From Nitrososphaeria archaeon (lineage in GTDB: Archaea > Thermoproteota > Nitrososphaeria > Geothermarchaeales > JDFR-13): a stretch of DNA of 64,000 nt. The DNA is taken from contig JALWXN010000004.1 in the NCBI GenBank assembly GCA_027078545.1, positions 320,001-384,000 on the forward strand. Reading direction: 5' to 3'. Made by a program: the position numbers and the translations under genes. Below are positions 58,157 through 64,000 of this stretch, piece by piece; the first letter of the stretch is position 1, and each line of letters opens with the position of its first letter. Under the pieces are notes generated by a model, which made no database searches, was not told the origin of the DNA, and was given only the letters and a program-made list of their open reading frames with translations.

Positions 58157-58218
58157 CACACAACACCCTTTTTACCAACCCTAGATATCAAGATACTTAT
58201 CGGTGGGAGACCAGCTAT

Positions 58219-58297
58219 GGGCCCGTAGCCTAGCCAGGACTAGGGCGCCGGCCTGCGGAGCCGGAGACCCCGGGTTCAAATCCCGGCGGGCCCACCA
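58219..58297 (+). tRNA. tRNA-Arg(GCG), CCA encoded
   Basis: CCGGC-CT-GCG-GA-GCCGG arm, GTTCAAATC, ACCA end. Confidence 0.96.
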
Positions 58298-58424
58298 GAA
58301 ATCCAATGGAATATCCTTTGGTAGAACTTGGCAGGTTGGAAGGTAGTTAATATTTCCCGTTACACCAATCAAACCTGATTTTAAAGTGCGGAGGAATGTA
58401 AATTTCTTGGGGGTGCTATGTTGT

Positions 58425-58604
58425 ATGGCCCTTGACGAGGAGGATGTAAGAAGGATAGTAAGAGAGGAGATCAAGAAATTTATGATGGAGGCTCTTGAAC
58501 TCCTCCCATATGTTGACGAAGAAGAGCAGAGGGAGATAGAGAAGATTGCTGGAAAACCATCTGATTATGAAGACGGGGACTTTGTGGAATGGGATGGAGA
58601 ATAA
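58425..58604 (+). CDS. Putative antitoxin
   Basis: Small acidic protein overlapping the RelE-like gene. Confidence 0.7.
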   Translation: MALDEEDVRRIVREEIKKFMMEALELLPYVDEEEQREIEKIAGKPSDYEDGDFVEWDGE

Positions 58605-58876
58605 CTTTTCATCCAAGGGTTGATAAATTTCTTAAGACATTAAAATATGATTATAAAAGGTATGTCCAGGTTAAGCAAGGGTTAAACCTCCTATTGAAAG
58701 CTCTTGAGAGTGGAGTACTCCCTTATTCAGGACTCGATGTTAAAAAACTTAGAGGTGAGTGGGAAGGCTTCTTCCGTTTACGGATTGGTGATATGAGGAT
58801 TCTATTTACTCTCGACTTCCGGAACGAGATAGTTTATGTATATAACATCCACTTCAGAAGTAAGATTTACAAATGA
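58589..58876 (+). CDS. RelE/ParE-family toxin
   Basis: KKLRG...FFRLRIGD.RILF, I..R..IY. Confidence 0.88.
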   Translation: MGWRITFHPRVDKFLKTLKYDYKRYVQVKQGLNLLLKALESGVLPYSGLDVKKLRGEWEGFFRLRIGDMRILFTLDFRNEIVYVYNIHFRSKIYK

Positions 58877-58938
58877 CCTAAGCTTTAGAGCCCCAAATCC
58901 GGATATATTTATTTAAGCAAAATTAACACAATAATTTC

Positions 58939-59586
58939 ATGATGTCTAAAAGGAGGTCTCCAAAGGATGATTCACTTATAGGTAATATTATCAAGCATCG
59001 TGTTAGGAGAGGGCCTATCCTGAAGATAATTAGGGATCAGATCTTTATGGCGGCTACAGAGATCTATAACCCTACTGATTTTGAATCAAAACTCATGAAT
59101 GATATTGAAAATGCTGAGAGATTCGCTATGATTGTATCACCATTTCTGAATCTCAAGAAGGTAAAGAGATTTGTTAGTGAACTTGAGTCTAGGTTATCTA
59201 AAAAATCAGACAGAGAGAGTGACAACAAAGAGAAGTTGAAATATCGTGTTAAAATAATAGTTGTGACCAAAGACCCGGATGAACTTAAATCTATCGGTAT
59301 GGGCAGAGGAAAAAAGAGGGTGGAGTATCATAAAAAGTGTATCGAGGTTCTCGAGAGTGCAGGGATAGATGTTAAAACTTTCCCTAAAGAGAGGAAGCTC
59401 CACTTTAAGGCTGCAATCATAGATGGTAGAATAATTTATGTTGGATCCATAAATTATCTCAGTATAACAACTGAGGAGGTTACTCCTGAGGATTACATGT
59501 TGAGGTTTGAGAGTGAGGCGCTGGTGGCTGAGGTCGTTGATACCGTTTTTGGATGGAATGCATATTCAGATTGGATAAAGCCCTAA
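58939..59586 (+). CDS. Phospholipase D-like (single HKD) nuclease-domain protein
   Basis: IVSPFL, HFKAAIIDG...YVGSIN. Confidence 0.82.
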   Translation: MMSKRRSPKDDSLIGNIIKHRVRRGPILKIIRDQIFMAATEIYNPTDFESKLMNDIENAERFAMIVSPFLNLKKVKRFVSELESRLSKKSDRESDNKEKLKYRVKIIVVTKDPDELKSIGMGRGKKRVEYHKKCIEVLESAGIDVKTFPKERKLHFKAAIIDGRIIYVGSINYLSITTEEVTPEDYMLRFESEALVAEVVDTVFGWNAYSDWIKP

Positions 59587-59600
59587 CTCCTATCATCATT

Positions 59601-61205
59601 TTATAGTTGAGTACCTGTCTGAATCTTCCTCTTTAGGATCTCTCTGACCCTCTCTATGCCTATGTCTTTGATTAGTGGGCCTAGCCTGGGGCCTCTGGGT
59701 AGTCCGAGTATTATCATGTAGAGGTTCTTGAAGAATTCCCGGTATGGTATGTTGTGTCTCCTCGCTGTCTCGAAGAGTAGTCCCTGTATCTCCTCTCCAT
59801 CCATCTCCTCCCTTAGGTTCTCCACTATGTCTCTTATGGCGTTAGCCATTTTCTCGTCGATCTCATGGGTGTCCTCGAGCATTGGTGGGCGTCCATAGTC
59901 CCTGACCCAGTTGAGTGCATATCCTATTAGCCTATCCACCTCCTCGTCATCGGTGGTGTAGCCGTATCTCTCAAGCCTCCTCTTTATGAATTCTTCCGCG
60001 TTTTCTGGTGGGGCTACTACGGCTAGGTTCAGAACTATCTCGTAGGGGACCTTGACTGGTGGTACCTCGCCGAGCTTATAGACATATTCTATGAGGCCCC
60101 TCATCCTCGTCTCCTTCAAGGGGTTCCCCAGCTTTATCCTCCCGTGGTAGACGTTCCTATAGTAGTCCAGCTCCCTCATCATCACTACTACTGTGTCGAC
60201 CTTGATCTTCCTGGTGCTGGTCATCCTCTTGAGTAGGAAGAGTATGAGGCTCTCCGGTGAGCCATACCTGTACCATACCTGTGGTGTGTAGACGTTGCCC
60301 CGGGACTTAGCTATCTTCTTCCCAGCCTCGTCTAGGAATAGCTCGTACCTAGCGTGGTGTGGGGGTGGGTATCCTAGGATCTCCTCCGCTATCCTGTCGT
60401 TCACCCTTACGGAGTCGGCTATGTCCTTGCCGTATGCCTCGAACCTTATCCCCTGCCTCCTCCATCGGGCGGCGAACTCGCTCTTCCATGAGAGCTTCCC
60501 CTCCCCCTTGGTTATGTCTGCCCATCCCTCGTAGCCGCATCCTGGGTAGAACTGGCCCCTAACCTCCCCTCCTTCGCATACGTATCGTACACGCCTCTTC
60601 ACAGGGTCGTAATCCTTCGCTACTGTTGTGTATATCCTGCCGCATCCACGGCATACCGGGTAGTAGGGTAGCCTATGGAGATACTTCTCCTGTCCCGTCT
60701 CCTCATAGATGATCTCGCCTATCCTCCTCCAGTTCCTGAGGATTGTGTCTATCTCCTCCGCCAGCTCCCCCCTCCTATACATCTCCGTCCCTGATCTATG
60801 GATAAACTCTATTCCCGCAGTCTCCAGGGCCTCTATCAGCATGCCTGACATGTGCTCCCCATAGGATCTGTGGCATCCGAAGGGGTCTGGGATCATTGAG
60901 ACTGGCTGGAGTAGGTACTCCTCCATCTCCCTTGGTATGCCCTCAGGGACTTTCCTCAGCCCGTCCATATCGTCTGAGAAGGCTATTAGGTGGCTCTCAT
61001 AGCCCATGTCCCTGAGGGCTAGGGTTACTGCGTATGCCCTCACGGCGTCCGCCATGCTCCCCACGTGGGGGAAGCCAGAGGCCCCTAGTCCACTCTCGGT
61101 GTATATCACGTCTAAGGGCCTACCTAGTCTCTTCTCCCTCTCTATTACCTCGTGGGCTATCTTGTCTATCCAGGTGCCTCTACCTATGATCTTCTCCTGG
61201 CTCAT
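59601..61205 (-). CDS. lysS: Class I lysyl-tRNA synthetase
   Basis: SG.PHVG, D.D.LRKVP, GKL.WK, FEAYGKD, KIAKSRGN, GPRLG. Confidence 0.95.
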   Translation of the reverse strand: MSQEKIIGRGTWIDKIAHEVIEREKRLGRPLDVIYTESGLGASGFPHVGSMADAVRAYAVTLALRDMGYESHLIAFSDDMDGLRKVPEGIPREMEEYLLQPVSMIPDPFGCHRSYGEHMSGMLIEALETAGIEFIHRSGTEMYRRGELAEEIDTILRNWRRIGEIIYEETGQEKYLHRLPYYPVCRGCGRIYTTVAKDYDPVKRRVRYVCEGGEVRGQFYPGCGYEGWADITKGEGKLSWKSEFAARWRRQGIRFEAYGKDIADSVRVNDRIAEEILGYPPPHHARYELFLDEAGKKIAKSRGNVYTPQVWYRYGSPESLILFLLKRMTSTRKIKVDTVVVMMRELDYYRNVYHGRIKLGNPLKETRMRGLIEYVYKLGEVPPVKVPYEIVLNLAVVAPPENAEEFIKRRLERYGYTTDDEEVDRLIGYALNWVRDYGRPPMLEDTHEIDEKMANAIRDIVENLREEMDGEEIQGLLFETARRHNIPYREFFKNLYMIILGLPRGPRLGPLIKDIGIERVREILKRKIQTGTQL

Positions 61206-61241
61206 CAGGATAATTATAGTGCCCGGTATGTTTTAACGGGG

Positions 61242-61862
61242 CTATAGGCCGAGGGCCTCTAGATACTCGAGGCCGGAGTCTAGGGAGGATAGCCTGGCAA
61301 TGGCTCTCTCGCTGGAGTATGAGATTATTATGAATCTTGCCCTTCCATAGGGCTCTGCCTCTCTAAGCTCTCTATAGAGGTCTGGGTGGTACCTCTCAAG
61401 CTCCTCCCCGGACTCTGGGAATACTATCTTGTCTCCCGTCTTCTCCAGGATCAGGGCTGCGTCTCCTCCGTGTCGGATAACGCTGTCCCTCAGCCTTATA
61501 AGCATCTCTCTGTGGAACTCTGTGTTCATGTATGCAGCCCATCCATAGCCCTTTATGCCTCGGGGGACGCTGGCTATCCCGAGCTCTCCGATATGTTTCT
61601 CTAGATACTCCGCTGCTCGCCTGCCATATCTTGTGAGTAGGTGTCCACCCTTGTATGGCTGGAAGAGGCCTAGTGCCACCATCTTCCTCATGAGTGTTCT
61701 TGATGATGCCTCTGTTAGGCTTGCCTCCCTCATGAGGAGGTATCTACTTATCATCCCGCCCCTTCTATGGGCGGTTACCAGGACTATGTATAGGTGTCCA
61801 GGCCTGATGTTAGCCCTTCCCCTAACCCTCTCCAGCTCGCGGGATAGGTGGCTCCACCTCAC
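61242..61862 (-). CDS. wHTH protein (DUF4443-like)
   Basis: SR..L.....L.E.S.RTL...G..LT..G; LRD..IR.G...A.I; GTG overlaps the proS stop. Confidence 0.6.
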   Translation of the reverse strand: MRWSHLSRELERVRGRANIRPGHLYIVLVTAHRRGGMISRYLLMREASLTEASSRTLMRKMVALGLFQPYKGGHLLTRYGRRAAEYLEKHIGELGIASVPRGIKGYGWAAYMNTEFHREMLIRLRDSVIRHGGDAALILEKTGDKIVFPESGEELERYHPDLYRELREAEPYGRARFIIISYSSERAIARLSSLDSGLEYLEALGL

Positions 61863-63328
61863 TAGTAGGCCTTCGCCACTAGGACTCGGCTCCTCGCCTC
61901 GCCACCGCATACTATGCATCTCGCCCCCTCTCCAGGCTTCTCGTCTAGGAACCTACCCCTCACCTCGTAGCCCCCTGTTGTGGTCTTGAGCTCCTCCGCA
62001 CATTCCTCTGAGTCGCAGAAGTCTGTCTTGAAGAGGCTGTAGCTCCCCCTCAGCTCCATCAGCTCGTCTATACTCCCTACCGTGGCTATGTTCTTCTCCA
62101 TCTCCTCCCTAGCCCTCCTCTTAAGTGTCTCTGGGATGTCCTCCATGAGGTATGCTATGTACTCCCTCAGCCTCCCGAGGTCTACAATCTCCCTCTCCCG
62201 CTTATCCCTCCTGAAGACTGACACCTTGTTCTGCTCCACCTCTCTGGGGCCTATCTCGATCCTTATTGGTATGCCTAGGAGGTCGTAGTGGTAGAACTTC
62301 TCCCCAGGCGTCTTCTCGCTGAGGTCTGCATATACCCTGTATCCCGCCCCCTCTAGGAGGCTCCTCACCTCCTCTATGTAGTTCTCGAGCCTCTCCCTGC
62401 TGAAGCCTGTCTTTGGTATGGGTATGATGACTATCTGTATGGGTGCCACTCTTGGTGGTAGGACTAGGCCGTAGTTGTCTCCATGTACCAGTATGAGTGA
62501 GGCTAGTATCCTTGATAGCCCTATGCCGAAGCATGTCTGCTCTCCATAGCTGTAGCTCCCGTCTATGTCGTGGAACTTTATCTCGAAGACACGTGAGAAC
62601 TTCTGGCCCAGGTAGTGTGTAGTCCCTATCTGGAGTACCCTGCCGTCGGGGAGTAGGGTGTCGAATGCATATGTGTGCTCCGCCCCTGGGAACTTGTCGA
62701 AGTCCATCCTCATGACGTGGAGGAAGGGTATGCCTAGGACCTCGTAGGTCACCCTGTGGAAGATGTCCTTGTCCTCGACCGTCTGTCTCAGGGCCTCCTC
62801 AGCCGTCCTGAAGACGTCGTGGGTCTCTATCCATAGGAACTCCCTACCCCTGATCAGCGGCCTCGTGGCCTTGGTCTCGTATCGATATACGGCCACTGTC
62901 TGGTATGCCTTTAGTGGGAGGTCTTTGTAGCTGCTTATCCATAGGCTGTAGAGGGGGTAGATCGCTGTCTCGCTGGTTGGCCTGAGTGCGAGCCTCTCCT
63001 CCAGCTTGGTGAGGCCTGCATGGGTTATCCAGAAGACCTCAGCCTCGAACCCCTTTATATGCTCCGCCTCCTTCCTAAGGTTTGCCTCTGGTATGACGAC
63101 TGGGAATAGTATTGGTCTATGCCCAGTCTTTTCGAGCTCCTCCTCGTATAGCTGGATGATCCTCTTCATTATACTCATTCCGTAGGGCATGTAGACGATG
63201 AAGCCCTTCACTCCATACCTTATATCTACTATCCCGGCCTCCTGGAGGACCCGGCTGTACCACTCACTAGTGTTTGTCTTCTTGTCTGGGAGCTTCTCCT
63301 CTACGGTTTTGGAGGAGTCTCTACTCAT
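61862..63328 (-). CDS. proS: Prolyl-tRNA synthetase (archaeal/eukaryotic type)
   Basis: LRPTSET, YRYET..TRPLIR.REF.W.E.H, C-terminal AKAY. Confidence 0.96.
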   Translation of the reverse strand: MSRDSSKTVEEKLPDKKTNTSEWYSRVLQEAGIVDIRYGVKGFIVYMPYGMSIMKRIIQLYEEELEKTGHRPILFPVVIPEANLRKEAEHIKGFEAEVFWITHAGLTKLEERLALRPTSETAIYPLYSLWISSYKDLPLKAYQTVAVYRYETKATRPLIRGREFLWIETHDVFRTAEEALRQTVEDKDIFHRVTYEVLGIPFLHVMRMDFDKFPGAEHTYAFDTLLPDGRVLQIGTTHYLGQKFSRVFEIKFHDIDGSYSYGEQTCFGIGLSRILASLILVHGDNYGLVLPPRVAPIQIVIIPIPKTGFSRERLENYIEEVRSLLEGAGYRVYADLSEKTPGEKFYHYDLLGIPIRIEIGPREVEQNKVSVFRRDKREREIVDLGRLREYIAYLMEDIPETLKRRAREEMEKNIATVGSIDELMELRGSYSLFKTDFCDSEECAEELKTTTGGYEVRGRFLDEKPGEGARCIVCGGEARSRVLVAKAY

Positions 63329-63377
63329 GTTTACCAAAAATATTTAGATAGGCCGGAGCCACTATATTTTAATATCA

Positions 63378-64000
63378 ATGAGTAGTCCTCCCGATGACCG
63401 TGTCCTCGAGATTCTTAGGAGGATGGAGTATAGTGATTTTGGTGATCGGGGTAGGCTAGCGGTTATAGGTGGTGGCTACCTCAATGTTAATCCGCCCTTG
63501 ATAGCCGCCTCTACCGCCTCCGCCCTGGGTATAGACTCTCTATACCTCCTCATGCCTGAGAGGCTCCTCAGGCTCAGGTGTTTCGGCTCCCTCACCATCA
63601 GCCTGATACCCCTGCCCGATCATAAGGTTACCCATGGTGTTGTGAAGTGGGTTGAGCGGCTCATCGATCGGCGTAGGCTCAGGGCTGATGTAGTCCATGT
63701 CGGGCCGGGCTTCACTGGTCATAGGGGGTATATCGTGGAGCTGGTTAAGCTCCTCGATAGTAGGGGTATGAACCTGGTAATCGACTCTGGCGCTCTCTAC
63801 CCAGAGGTCTTGAGCCTGGACCTTGACTGGTCATCCACGATACTGGCTCCCCATGAGGGTGAGTATAAGATGCTCTTCGAGGGTGATGACCCGCTCTTCA
63901 AGCTGGAGGAGTACAACGTATTCCTGAAGAGGCTAGGCGGGGCCAGGTATATCTCTATGGGTAGGGTGGTGTATGACGTCTCTGATCCATGCTGGCCTAC
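63378..64000 (+). CDS. NAD(P)HX dehydratase-like (YjeF C-terminal/NnrD) protein, runs off window
   Basis: Manual translation: GD.G.L.VIGG, VGPG, VIDSGAL, APHEGEY. Confidence 0.65.
   Translation, partial: MSSPPDDRVLEILRRMEYSDFGDRGRLAVIGGGYLNVNPPLIAASTASALGIDSLYLLMPERLLRLRCFGSLTISLIPLPDHKVTHGVVKWVERLIDRRRLRADVVHVGPGFTGHRGYIVELVKLLDSRGMNLVIDSGALYPEVLSLDLDWSSTILAPHEGEYKMLFEGDDPLFKLEEYNVFLKRLGGARYISMGRVVYDVSDPCWP

Larger units (their letters stand above)
58298..59600. mobile_element. Low-GC islet at the 3' end of tRNA-Arg(GCG)
   Basis: AT-rich block starting right after the tRNA; carries a TA pair and a PLD gene; no integrase. Confidence 0.6.

Noticed and set aside
1112-63722. Many antisense or alternate-frame ORFs in the track (e.g. 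1112-1663, 17392-17973, 38109-38534, 40007-40690)
   Set aside because: They overlap well-supported genes or tRNAs and have shadow-ORF composition
1-64000. CRISPR array, rRNA, transposase or integrase
   Set aside because: No spaced repeats, rRNA-like sequence or recombinase motifs seen

Overview
Gene-dense, mostly core chromosome of a thermophilic TACK archaeon. Histone, L38e, SmAP3, class I LysRS, Thaumarchaeal-style CdvA/B/C and a GHVDSGKT aIF5B point to the Nitrososphaeria/Aigarchaeota/Geothermarchaeota/Bathyarchaeia neighbourhood (inference). Left to right: isoprenoid genes (mvk, fni, GGPP synthase), gltX, and a ribosomal/translation/RNAP superoperon whose aIF5B carries a 143-aa mini-intein and which ends in an uncharacterised HEXXH protein plus a nucleotidyltransferase-kinase fusion. 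Then a 1163-aa sequon-rich surface protein with an acidic coiled-coil stalk, a TrmB regulator divergent from a cdvB-cdvA-cdvB-cdvC operon, aspS, sucCD and rpl40e. The rest holds housekeeping genes, four tRNAs (Val-CAC, intron-containing Glu-CTC, Arg-CCG, Arg-GCG), two candidate C/D-box sRNAs, a second type IV pilus operon, and two low-GC defence-like islets, each at a tRNA-Arg 3' end. The best candidate for a new system is 27.4-32.8 kb: a TadA/VirB11-like ATPase, two minimal TadB/C-like proteins, an Flp-like pilin missed by the ORF track, a HerA/VirB4-like ATPase, a divergent string of five tiny membrane ORFs and a truncated TFB-like protein. Three upstream regions in that locus share an ANTTTCAC box, suggesting a possibly damage-inducible pilus-coupled DNA transfer system. 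All family assignments come from motif recognition by eye; no searches were run.
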